Program-made: the position numbers and the translations under genes
Notes under the pieces: model-generated
Seen by the model: only the letters and a program-made list of their open reading frames with translations
Databases searched by the model: none
Told to the model about the DNA's origin: nothing
Source: Octopus vulgaris
Taxonomy: Eukaryota
Direction of reading: 5' to 3'
NCBI GenBank assembly: GCA_951406725.2
Contig: OX597817.1
Coordinates: forward strand, 6,634,001 to 6,698,000
DNA: 64,000 bases
Shown here: positions 44,620 through 56,168 of the stretch, piece by piece
How positions within the stretch are numbered: the stretch's first letter is position 1
How the letters are laid out: every line of letters begins with the position of its first letter

Positions 44620-45600
44620 GAAGATAGAATATGTTCTCGGATATGGCTTCTAAGCGTCTTGCATTTGGCTGTACGTGTTACAAGTACGTGTTAGAGAATT
44701 GGAAGCGCTACTTGGATGACTGTCTCATTGTATGTTCTCACTTATTCGACCAACTCAATGACATCAAAAACCTAATTAACAGCATCAACAATCATATCCA
44801 ATGTGCAATGGAATATAGACCAATTTTCATTTATAGACATTTTAATCATAAAAACTACGCAAACATTGAAGCTGATGTCCACCGACTGATTCCAAACAAT
44901 ATCTTCTATTCACCTGCAATCAGCCAAAGCACAAGAAGACAAACATTCCTTATAATGTAGCAAAAAGTATTTGTACAGCTGCCTCAAATTATGAAACGCG
45001 GGGCAAATGACTCCAAAAATTAAAGGGAACTCTACTCGAAAGACAGTACCTATCATCATTAATTGATAACAGAAGAAAGGCAATCGACATCCAAGATTTA
45101 AAAAACCGAACTCTCTCAGGGTACGCTAAATTGCCTTCCATATTTCTCAACACACAGCTCAACAAATACAGAAGCGTACACTATTATACACAAGAACATC
45201 CCACTACTGTGTCAAGACCCACTATTAAAACTATCACTCGAAATTCATAAAGTAATAAAAATACTAAATCCTCACAAACCAATGCAAAAATACTCACCAC
45301 AAGCCAAGAACCAATCATCAGAAAATATGGTCGATCTAATTGCAGGACTTGCATTCACCTCATTGAAAGTACAATGTATAAATTTCAACCAGGATACACT
45401 TTTGTCATAAAAAAATAACTTCACTTGCGCATCAAATGATTTAATCTATGTCTTTAGGTGTAAAGGGTGCCACAAAGATTACGTACCGCAAACTAACCTT
45501 ACCCCAAGAGACAAGTTGACAGTTTACCATCAGCAATTGCGGGACCCCACTACAAGACAGATATCACTCAGTGAGCACTTAGATCTCTGCGCAAAATTCC
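44620..45600 (+). mobile_element. Penelope-like retroelement remnant (RT C-terminal half + GIY-YIG endonuclease)
   Basis: WKRYLDDCLI; TNIPYNVAKSICT; FTCASNDLIYVFRCKGCHKDYVPQT...HQQLRDP...LSEHLDLCA. Confidence 0.9.
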
Positions 45601-45627
45601 ATGTTTATTTATGTGTGTGTGTGTGTG

Positions 45628-45775
45628 TACGACGGGCTTGTTTCTGTATCCGTCTACCAAATCTACTCACAAGGTTTTGGTCGGCCCGAGGCTCCAGTAG
45701 AAGACACTTGCTCCAAATGCTACGCAGTGAGAATGAAGCCCGGGCCGTATGAATGAGAAACAAACTTCTTTCTAC
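45628..45775 (-). mobile_element. SINE family A, 5' half (truncates the Penelope remnant)
   Basis: cgacgggctt...ccgtctaccaaatctactcacaagg...agaagacacttgc. Another 5' half lies at 58500-58650 (-) and a 3' piece at 47700-47850 (+). Confidence 0.85.
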
Positions 45776-46177
45776 AATCACTGAAACATTGAGTGAGTAA
45801 GTATATTTTAGAAATGATGGATATCTCGAAAGTAGGAAGATAAATGTGGGAATAGTTTCAGAAAATGAGGGTGTAATACCACTATAGAATATAATTTAAC
45901 AAACATTGGAGCGTCAAGTGAGTTGATATTTTTAGAAATGTCCTCACATTCCAAAATCTATTCTTTGGTGCTATAAAAGAATGCGCTTCAGGTTAGGAGG
46001 TGCCTAGTTAAATAGTAAAGAGCGTTCATCTCCAAACTGAGACGTACAGAGTTAGATTGAGTCTAGCGGTTGCCGGGTACTTTTATTTTGACCTCGATAG
46101 ATTTATTTTTCCCGATTTTTCCCCAAAAAACCTATTCACAAACATTCCACAGTATTCCAGATTTTCTTTATTTGAAT

Positions 46178-46398
<221 letters not shown>

Positions 46399-47488
46399 TA
46401 AGAAATATAAGTGGATGTTGGAGTTCAGCCCAATACTTGGGAGATGAAAGAGAAAATTTACAGAGTTTGACTAAATAGAAAACATTCCTCCGAGCACAAC
46501 AAACACCAAATTACTGATTAATTATTTGAAATAAATGGAGTTCTTTTAATTAGTTTCGGAAACACATATAATTTAGAGAAGTGCAATGTCTTAGTGGCCC
46601 AAAGACATGTTTTAGGTCGGAATCCGATTGAGACGATACTTAATCCAAATTCAGTTTGTGAGTTTAATTTTTCCTTAATATCAACTTTTTCCCTGATATC
46701 AACTTTGATCGATTACATTATTAAAAAAATGGTATATGGCTGAAAATCATTACATGACCCTTACATCTAATTTTGTAGATATAACAATTTTCCGACGAGA
46801 TAAAGACCGCTCTCTACACCCCAATATGTAGAGGTGAGAATTGACTAAGCCTGCACTTTCATTTCTTCTAAATGTTACTTCGAGATAAGCAAAAATATAC
46901 TTTGCAAATTATAGAAATTATAAGACATACATTGAATAAATGCTGTTATTTTTATGGACTTCATCTTTGTTTATACTGTTATTTATACCCAGGTCAGTTT
47001 TGATAAAGCATTTCTACTTCAAAAACATTTCATTCAGTGTTCACTTCATATTCTATTGAGCATTAGTGTATTACGCAATGTCTGTATTTAGGCGGAAGGT
47101 TATCGTTTGGGCGATATTTGTCATTTCTAGCAGGTCAAGAGGTTCAAGTTATGAGTAGTTCCATTTTTGGTGTGAATAATCATGTGTTTGTAAAGTAGTG
47201 GAAGTGATTTAAAATGTTCATTTAGGTTGATGGAATTCATGCAATTATCGCAACATGCACACGCTTAATAATTGCCAACTCGGGCATAAAATACTGAGAG
47301 TTTGACGAGAAATGAAGAAAATAGATTATTTGCGATGTATTTCGCTTAAATTAGCATAATCATTTAGAAGGAAAATGATATGCAATGAAGAGGAATGATT
47401 TGTAACTGGTGTTTGGGAACGAGTGAAAATAAACACATCAGGTCACACGTGTACAGATATATCGGTTAAAAATATGTGTATCAGTCTA

Positions 47489-47520
<32 letters not shown>

Positions 47521-47667
47521 ATTCTCTCACTATTACTCAATCTCTCTCCCTCGCTCTCTCTCTCATGTTCATCGATAATCACAAGAATCATAAAAGTGTA
47601 CGAACGACTTAATATTAGACTGATTTCAAGATGTAATAGAATAGTGTGTGCGTTCGTGTGTGTGTAC

Positions 47668-47702
<35 letters not shown>

Positions 47703-48399
47703 TGCGTGTCTGTGTTCTTTGTATTTGTACCCGACTACCGCTTAAAAACAAATATACAAATAAGTTTCGGAGTCGATTCGTTCGACTAAAATTCCATAAA
47801 ACTGTGTTCTAGCGTGGTTGTAGTCTTATGACAAAAACAAGTAAAAGATCAAAGAATTGCATTTCCTGATATATGAGAATATATAACAAATTATTTTCAA
47901 GCAACGATTATATCTAAAATATGTAAAATCAAAATTGTTCCAATGACAAACACTAAAAGTAATGCATAACCTATGATTCTCTTAAAACACCTTTTAATCG
48001 CTAAACAATATGTGTATGTGTGGTGCGGATAGTAGTGGAGATGTATCCTGCTGAGAGTTTTAAATAAGGATGAAATTGCACTATATATGATTACAAATGA
48101 ATAAAATTTATGTAGGATATTTGTAATGAATAGAAAATATACTATGTGTGCATATTTCTTGTATTTTCTTCGTTACTCTTAAATTCAAAACTTTTCATCG
48201 CGCCATCTGTCTGCTCATTACTGTTTCCACCACCTGCTCTCTGTACAGATTTTTCATATTTCCTCTGAGTTATAGACTCAATTGGGGTATTGAGAAGTTT
48301 AAAGGCCGTATATGTTTTGCAATGTGTGAACGATGTTTTACATGTGGTAATTTGTTATTATATCATGTAATGTAGACATTGCTTCTGATGAATATATTT

Positions 48400-48800
48400 A
48401 GGCGCAGGAATGGCTGTGTGGTAAGTAGCTTGCTAACCAACCACATGGTTCCGGGTTCAGTCCCACTGCATGGCATCTTGGGCAAGTGTCTTCTACTATA
48501 GCCCCGGGCCGACCAATGCCTTGTGAGTGGATTTGGTAGACGGAAACTGAAAGAAGCCTGTCGTATATATGTATATATTTATATGTGTGTGTGTGTTTGT
48601 GTTTGTCCCCCTAGCATTGCTTGACAACCGATGCTGGTGTGTTTACGTCACCGTCACTTAGCGGTTCGGCAAAAGAGACCGATAGAATAAGTACTGGGCT
48701 TACAAAAGAATAAGTCCCGGGGTCGATTTGCTCGACTAAAGGCGGTGCTCCAGCATGGCCGCACTCAAATGACTGAAACAAGTAAAAGAGAAAAAAGAGA
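48400..48800 (+). mobile_element. SINE family A, full-length reference copy (tRNA-like head, CORE-like segment, internal TA/TG tract)
   Basis: A-box-like tggctgtgtgg, B-box-like gggttcagtccc, then cttgggcaagt, internal microsatellite and gtaaaagag tail; about a dozen copies or fragments in the window. Confidence 0.93.
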
Positions 48801-49084
48801 GGTGTACGTGACCGTTTAGGCCTTCTTTTACTTATGTTTATAACTGTGTATATTATTATCATTTTCAAAATGGTGGGTGTATTATGACTGTCGGTGTTTG
48901 TGAATTTGGTGGATATTTTACCTGTGTTGGCTGCGAGTGTGATAGATATTGCTGCTTATACTTTCACTCTTTTTGTTGTTACTTCTGCTGCTGTTCCTGC
49001 TTATTTTGCAGCTGTATTTTTTTAAATTCTTGCCATAAGCACGCTCCGTCAAATTGTGAGATCTTGTGCTGGTGATAAAAAGGA

Positions 49085-49258
49085 TCATTATTATTATAGT
49101 TGTTGTTGCTGTTGTTGTTGCTCTTCTTCTTCTTCTTCTTCTTCTTCTTCTTCTTCTTCTTCTTCTTCTTCTTCTTCTTCTTCTTCTTCTTCTTCTTCTT
49201 CTTCTTCTTCTTCTTCTTCTCCTTCTTCTTCTTCGTATTATTATTGCTATTGTTATTG

Positions 49259-49305
<47 letters not shown>

Positions 49306-49366
49306 GTTGTTATTATTATTATTATGATTATTATTATAATTATTATTATTATTGTTATTATTGTTG

Positions 49367-49416
<50 letters not shown>

Positions 49417-49505
49417 TCTGCTGCTGATGTTGTTGTTGTTAGTGGTGGTAGTGGTGGTGGTGGTGGTGGTGGTGGTGGTGGTGGTGGTAGAGGGTGTGGT
49501 GGGTG
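49085..49505. repeat. Compound trinucleotide microsatellite (TTG/TTC/TTA/GGT)
   Basis: Directly visible; similar arrays at 59800-59968, 61690-61947, 63095-63780. Confidence 0.95.
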
Positions 49506-49629
49506 GTGGAATTTTTGCTATTGTTTTTCTAGGATGATGATTATAGAAAAAAATTGACGTGTGAATGAAAGGGAAAGGAAAAAAATATGTAGAGTATCAA
49601 GGGAATGCAAATTCCAAGAATTGGGTATA

Positions 49630-50580
49630 TCTAGAAGATATGCTCTCCTTCCATCCAACTTTGCTGGGAAACAGCATTTCCTTCGCTCTCCTAATTTTCG
49701 TTTCCAAATGAAACTTTTAAAAATAATTAAGGACAATTTTGGCAAAGAAGAATGGGTCTGACTTCAACCATTTCGATTTATTCCAGCGTGCAACTCCTTT
49801 CACCAATGTCATCAGACATATATACAAAAACTGCCAGCTCTTTATGACCCAAGGGATACTGTGGTACGATTTTCACAATATACCATCTTATAGGGCAGTT
49901 GTTCCGTAAACACGACAGCATATGCGTGGCATAATTCTGCAATATTATGTCTGAAACCCGCAAATCCACACTGTCTCCAAATAGCAGGCCCCGGAAAGAG
50001 GTTTCTGGAAATTACCGTTGTGTCTCAACCCAAAAGCCCAGTGGATTGTTCAAATCTGCGACGTATTTGAATTACTTACTATGCAAATGATGAATATCTT
50101 TGGTGACCTCTTTGTATTATGTAGTAGAAATATCATTGATTTAATCGGATATCTCCATCAAAGTACTTATTTCCACAGCATTTTCTTAACTTTTTCCTGC
50201 ACGAATAGAGAGTAACATCTCTAGACAAAATTTGGGACTCAGGCAATGAAATAATATAGCTGTTTATTGTCATTGACACGAACATTTATCCCGAGGGTGA
50301 GGCTGCTTTTCCCTGATATCAATTCTTCCGAGAATGCTAGATCGCCAAATTGAAAGAGAAGAGTGAGCGCTTGAAGGCATACTATATTTCAAATGCCCTT
50401 CCCGGTCTTTGCTCTCACAGAACGATAAATCTGATAAATAGACAAGAGTGAAAAAATTCGTTTGATATTCAGCATCCAACACTGTTTACCGTCAAGGAAA
50501 ATCACTAAACCCCGCCTGTGCATGTTCATGGAAACCTATGACATGCCCAAGCCTGAAATCAACTGGCATTGACAACAAAT
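49630..50580 (-). mobile_element. Old L1/Tx1-type ORF2 C-terminal fossil (downstream part)
   Basis: ICCQCQLISGLGMS; FLDGKQCW; NFQKPLSGACY; FHLETKIRR. These resemble Tx1-type ORF2 C-terminal motifs recognised from memory; heavily decayed. Confidence 0.6.
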
Positions 50581-51233
50581 GGAGTGGCTGTGTGGTAAGT
50601 AGATTGCTAACAGTTGCTTCTGCGCATGTGCGAGTCAGTGTTGTGTTTGGCACTGAAGCGGTGAAGACGTGCTTTTGAAGCCGTCTTGAATTGAAAATTT
50701 TGGAAGCCCCATTGTAAGGTAAGATTCTGTTTTCTTGGTCCAGTGGGAGTTTTTGTTGAAAATTGTTTTTTACAGGCAGGAAGTCCTACTGGATTCAGAA
50801 TTCTGATTCTGCCGACATGGGGCAAATATATTTTTCTCGTTGAATTGTGAAAATTTTTGTGGGGCGTATCCGTCTTCGATAAATTGAGTGAATATTTTTC
50901 TCACCTAATTGTGAGAATTGTATTGTGCTGTGAAGAACTTTTATGAATTGTGAAAACTGCTATATAGGAGAGTATTTTGCCTCCGAAGTTTGAACAATTT
51001 TTACCAATTTTTTTTGTGGAAGTTGTGTTCCAGTTGCGGCGTTCCTAGTTCAATTTAGGCCGGGAGTACCGAATGGCCAGAAGGTTTTTGCTGTGTTATT
51101 GATTTTCTTTTCAACTTTATTTGACTTTCTTTTTAACTTTATTTGACTTTCTCCTTTTTTCACTGTGACTTTCTTCTGATTTCCTTTTCTTCTCGTTTTA
51201 TTCTGAATACATTTAAAAAAAAACGAAAAATAC

Positions 51234-52103
51234 ATGGCAATGAAAAATAACAAACTTTTGGAATGGGAGATCATACCGCCTAAAAAGTGGTTAAAAGACC
51301 GTGAAGATAGGACGGTGGTGTTGAGAACCTACTCCAAGGCACTCGACACCATCGCCCTATTCGAAAAGACGGCAATTGAAAAGGAGTTGGAAGAGTATTT
51401 GCCAACAATTAAATTCATTTCCAGGGGTGTCAAATATGCAACGGTGTGGTTGCTATTTGACACCCCTGAAGAGGCTTGCAAATTTGCTAGCAAACCCCTG
51501 GAGGGTAAGGAAATTTTATTCCTGCCCACGTACAAAAAAAAGAAATTGATGAAAGCTTGGATTTGCGGGCTGCCACCCGGGATAGAACCCGAATGGATAG
51601 AGGAAACTATCCGCCAGGGTCTGGGTGGCAGCGAAACTAAGCTCCTCAATGTAAAAGTTCTTCCTGCGGTTGCTTGGGTTGGGTCAAAAGCAATTTTGAC
51701 CCTGTGGACCCAATCAGCCAATCTGGTTCTTCCAGATTTTTTGAAAATGGCTGGGTGCAGGTACCCGGTGATGCTTGAGGGTCGCCCCCCTAAGTGTCAT
51801 CGGTGCTTGGAGTCCGGCCACATAAAGAAGAACTATCCCCGGGAACAAAATAGGATCCCGGAACAGTTAAGTAAAACCCCTCTAGAAGAGGGAATGATAA
51901 CGGCCGAGAAAGCAGAGGACTCCTCAAACAGAGGCCGAAAGAGGAAGGTGAGCAACAATGGGTGCTCACCAAAGGATAATAGGGATGAGGAGAGAAACGC
52001 GAATCTTCCAGCCACGGAGGAGACGCACCCTCCCTCAGTTGAAAAGGGAAAAAAAAGAAAAAGAGGAAGAAAAACGGGACATTACCGGCTGTCGGTGACA
52101 TAG
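51234..52103 (+). CDS. L1/Tx1-type ORF1p-like nucleic-acid-binding protein (RRM-like regions + degenerate CCHC knuckle)
   Basis: 289-aa ATG-initiated ORF with non-repetitive sequence; WICGLPPGIEPEWI and LPDFLKMAGCRYPVMLEGRPPKCHRCLESGHIKKNY (Cx2Cx4Hx4C with the last C read as Y). Confidence 0.8.
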   Translation: MAMKNNKLLEWEIIPPKKWLKDREDRTVVLRTYSKALDTIALFEKTAIEKELEEYLPTIKFISRGVKYATVWLLFDTPEEACKFASKPLEGKEILFLPTYKKKKLMKAWICGLPPGIEPEWIEETIRQGLGGSETKLLNVKVLPAVAWVGSKAILTLWTQSANLVLPDFLKMAGCRYPVMLEGRPPKCHRCLESGHIKKNYPREQNRIPEQLSKTPLEEGMITAEKAEDSSNRGRKRKVSNNGCSPKDNRDEERNANLPATEETHPPSVEKGKKRKRGRKTGHYRLSVT

Positions 52104-52474
52104 CACCGGAATGTCCCGGAACTACGTCGGTTGGGGTTGTGCCACCGACAAGAGAAGGAATACCGTTGGCGGGAACTGTGCCGCCAACGAAAGAATTGAA
52201 CGTATTGGTCCTCTTCTATAGAGGCGGAGAAATTGAGAAGGTGATGGAAGAGCACCACAAGGGAGCACCTTTAGCCTTCACACAGGACCCCGAATGGCCT
52301 CCGCAGATAGCTGTGGAGGCCGTGGAGTTCGACGTGACGCTTGGGCTGAAGGAGCTCAATGAAGATTATAACTTGGTCCCGGGCGACGCTAACTCGGAAC
52401 TTGATTACGTTCTGAGGGAGGCGTGGTGGATGGTGGAGGGCGCGGGCACAAGTTATTTCGAGGACGATATGTAA
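52043..52474 (+). CDS. -1-frame extension of the ORF1 protein (acidic C-terminal domain, function unknown)
   Basis: Frame opens after TGA at 52040-42, overlaps the ORF1 end and includes track ORF 52139-52474; no ATG near its start. Confidence 0.55.
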   Translation, partial: KGKKKKKRKKNGTLPAVGDIAPECPGTTSVGVVPPTREGIPLAGTVPPTKELNVLVLFYRGGEIEKVMEEHHKGAPLAFTQDPEWPPQIAVEAVEFDVTLGLKELNEDYNLVPGDANSELDYVLREAWWMVEGAGTSYFEDDM

Positions 52475-52872
52475 TTATTGAACTGTTATTATTAGTAATG
52501 GACTGCTAAGTCCAAAAATTGAAAAAAATTGTAAGAGGTTTAATACCTCGTTTTGTGTTTATCTTTAAAAAGAACAATGTTTTAGAGAAGCGAAAGTCGG
52601 CGGGCGCTTTTTGTCTTCTCCCATCCCCATCATCTTTCTTTCATTATCATTCACTTCATTAATGTCCTCGTCCAGCCCGCAAAGCTAACTTACTCTGTGT
52701 ACAGCCTTTATGACAAATGTTTTGAAATAAAGTAGCTTGCTAACCAACCGCATGGTTCCGGGTTCAGTCCCACTGCGTGGCATCTTGGGCAAGTGTCTTC
52801 TGCTATAGCCCCGGGCTGCCTAAAGCCTTGTGAGTGGATTTGGTAGACGGAAAGTGAAAGAAGCCTGTCGTA

Positions 52873-52913
<41 letters not shown>

Positions 52914-53093
52914 GTAAAAAGTGAAAAAAACTACAGAAAGCTTAAAGGTTAAAAATATATAAATATTTGCGTCAATATGTCTGAAGAATATTAAAATTTT
53001 TTTCTTATAATGACATAATTTTGAAGAAAGAGCGGTTTCGCGTTTAGCTTTTCAAATTTCACAAACCAACTTTCTTATCTATCTATCTATCTA

Positions 53094-53167
<74 letters not shown>

Positions 53168-53391
53168 TGTGTGTGTGTGTTTGTGTGTCTGTGTTTGTCC
53201 CCCTAGCATTGCTTGACAACTGATGCTGGTGTGTTTACGTCCCCGTCACTTAGCGGTTCGACAAAAGAGACCGATAGAATAAGTACTGGGCTTACAAAGA
53301 ATAAGTCCCGGGGTCGATTTGCTCAACTAAATGCGGTGCTCCAGCATGGCCGCACTCAAATGACTGAAACAAGTAAAAGAGTAAAAGAGTA

Positions 53392-53520
53392 TATATAACC
53401 AGTGGAACGCCTCTGCTCCAGTAACACAGAAAAGCTGATACTCCTGTCTTATGATGCGTGAAATGAAGCAAGATAAAGCAGTCAGGCGGTTTTACTTGAT
53501 GAAGCTGATGCAATCATTTC
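53392..53520 (-). mobile_element. Old L1/Tx1-type ORF2 fossil (upstream part)
   Basis: NRLTALSC and WSRGVPLV, which would directly precede the ICCQ motif on the other side of the SINE. Confidence 0.55.
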
Positions 53521-54485
53521 TTTATCTGCGATTTATTGTAATAATTTTCCTCCTTTTTATCCAATTTTATCCAATGCTTCTCCTAAGTTTCTCCCATTTC
53601 GCTTTTACCTCCGAAGTCGTTTGATCATTATTATCATTTACTGCGTTCATTTAAAAAATTTTCTTTTATTTATTTGTCTATTACTTACTTCCATTTGCAT
53701 TTCGTTCATACTTTTATGTTCATCTTTATCACATACCTCTTACCCGTCCTCTTGTCGCACCAATTTTCTTCACTTAGAGAACTAGTGGTTCTTTCTTCTT
53801 TTTGAACCAGCATTGTATTTTAGCCTGTTCTCCATACTTTGGTCATACTTCTCTTCCACATGACATTACTTGACTTATACTTGTAATCGTATCTCATCCC
53901 CACCCAATTTCTTCCTTTTTAATCACCTTCGCGCACGATCACCTTAACATACTTTCACATTTTCTTCGCACGAATGTTTCGGTTGCAAGCACTCACCTAC
54001 ATCTTTCACCGCCACTAAACCAAACCGCTAAGCTTGCACAATCTGTGCACATATACGCACGCAACATAACCATAAAAAGGACGAGCTCTCCCCTTATGCT
54101 AATTTCAAAATACTGATACACACTTATACGGCCACCTCACCACTTCCTCTTTTCTTAACTTACACATAGAACTGCATTCTGACCTTTCACCTCAACACTC
54201 GCCCGTTTTTCTCTCCTCTGTTAGATTTTGACTTTTCTTTTATACTCTTCTTTTGACAAAGGACTAACGGCCAAATGGTTAAAACAATTTACCTTCCTTT
54301 TTAAGCATTACGCTAATATCACATTAATAAAAATCCCCCCCCTATTATGTGGTATCTTTCATTCTCAGTTTAGCCTGTTATGTATGTGTGTGTGTGTATA
54401 ATGTTAATTAGAGGATGAGCAATTCATTATTAATAAATAATTGTCAACTTTCTCACTCCATTTTCTTTCCTTCTTTTAAATGGCT

Positions 54486-54549
<64 letters not shown>

Positions 54550-55617
54550 AAGAGGGAGGCAGGGATGCGGTAAGGAAGGGAGGGAGAGGAAAAGAGAGAG
54601 AGAATACATACAATTGTGTACGTGTGGATGCATAAGGTCTATATAAACTGTAATCATTTCTAGTGAATTCAATTTCAAACGTAAACTGTTAACGGAGAAA
54701 CTTGCAACTGCTCGGCATATCTACTTTTTATATATATTGGTGTAAGCCTGTATAATTTAATACTTTTGGTCGGTCACTTGTATTCTTGTGGTTATGTTGT
54801 TTTCATTCTAGCATTTTTGTTGCTATATTATTTCACTCAATTTTGTTTACATGCTGTGGAAATAGCTTCTTTATTTAATAAAATGATAGAGATATCCGAT
54901 TAATTCAGTGACATATCTACCACGTAATATATCTCATAATACAAAAAAAAACGACAAATATATTCATTATTTGCATAGTACGTCATTCAAATATATCGCA
55001 TATTTGAACAATGGAAATGTGAAAGAACGCAGTATAATATTATGTTCAGAAAAAGAAAATGAAAACGTTAATGCAGCGTGAATAAAAATGTAGTGAATAT
55101 TCAACAGCCCAGCTAAGCTCAACTTGAAATAAATTGTCATAATATGTAGATTGAACATTATGGGACAACTTCAAATTTTTTCGTAAATTTTAGTTCAACT
55201 TATTTATTTATGTATTTGTTTATATTTCAAAAAACGCACAAATTTAGCTTAGATCTTCTCCACACTTATGTATAAAATGCTGGGTAACGCTTCGTTCAGT
55301 TGGATGAAGAGTGTAAAGTGAAACACGATTGTTAAATGTCTCGCGTGTTTTTGAATGAGAAAATAAACTATGGCTGTTATGTTTAAGAGAATGCTGGTAT
55401 TATGCACACCGGGGAAGAAATGCTTAGCGGTATTTCATCCGTCTTTACGTTATGAGTTCAAATGCCAACGAGATGGACTTTACTTTTCATAGTTTTAGGG
55501 TTGATAAAATACGTACCAGTTGAACAATGGGTTCGATATAATCGATTTAACACCTCACCAGGAACTGCTTGCTTCGTGACAATATTTGACATTATTATTA
55601 TTAATATTATTATAACT

Positions 55618-56117
55618 GAGTGAGAGAGCAGTGAATGCCATCAAAGTGACACTGGGGTTAAATATACGAAGCACAGGATACTCATCATGACTACCCGTCT
55701 GATAAAGGCACACCAGGCACATGAATCACAACCATATGTGAGCGACATGGTCATCGCATATCAAGATAAACAACGCATGACCTTGCAGGTGGGGGCCAGT
55801 TAGAATTTTCTTCAGGTTGTGTAGCCTATCCAACTCAAAAGTCCCTGAACGAAATAACCATGTTTCCAAAGGTGAATTATCCAAATCCAAAAGAATTCCT
55901 TTCAAAAAATGACTATGATTCTCTCCCACTATTTCTGCTCGTGATCAGAAATGCACATATCGTCAGCCACTAAGGGACATGTTCAAATCTGTTGCATCGA
56001 GCAGAATATTTGTTATAGTCCACCGATAATGTTAAGAAAAAACAATGTACATGATAACACTTCCAATCAGCTTACATGAGAAGCCATCAGAGTCACTGCT
56101 TGGTACTACATCAGTGC

Positions 56118-56118
<1 letters not shown>
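55618..56118. mobile_element. ~0.5-kb repeat embedded in (TTA)n (copy 2)
   Basis: Colinear with 4467-5012; TTA-rich sequence on both sides. Confidence 0.85.

Positions 56119-56168
<50 letters not shown>

Larger units (their letters stand above)
50612..52729 (+). mobile_element. ORF1-only (HAL1-like) non-autonomous non-LTR retroelement with 15-bp TSD
   Basis: TSD aagtag[a/c]ttgctaac at 50597-50611 and 52730-52744; ~620-bp 5' UTR; ORF1-like CDS; no RT or endonuclease; ends at AATAAA. Confidence 0.85.
50581..53390 (+). mobile_element. SINE family A split by two insertions
   Basis: Head ggagtggctgtgtggtaagtagattgctaac (50581-50611) resumes at 52730 and continues to ~52880; 3' half at 53165-53390. 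Confidence 0.93.

Noticed and set aside
48400-48470. tRNA gene
   Set aside because: A/B-box-like head runs directly into the SINE body and recurs in many decayed copies; no complete cloverleaf.
51234-52103. Host ZCCHC-type gene or LTR-retrotransposon gag
   Set aside because: Intronless, bounded by a 15-bp TSD inside a SINE, with no LTRs, primer-binding site or pol; a retrocopied host gene is not fully excluded.
54248-54285. Further hammerhead-like remnant (ttgacaaaggactaacggccaaatggtt)
   Set aside because: Too many core substitutions to support.
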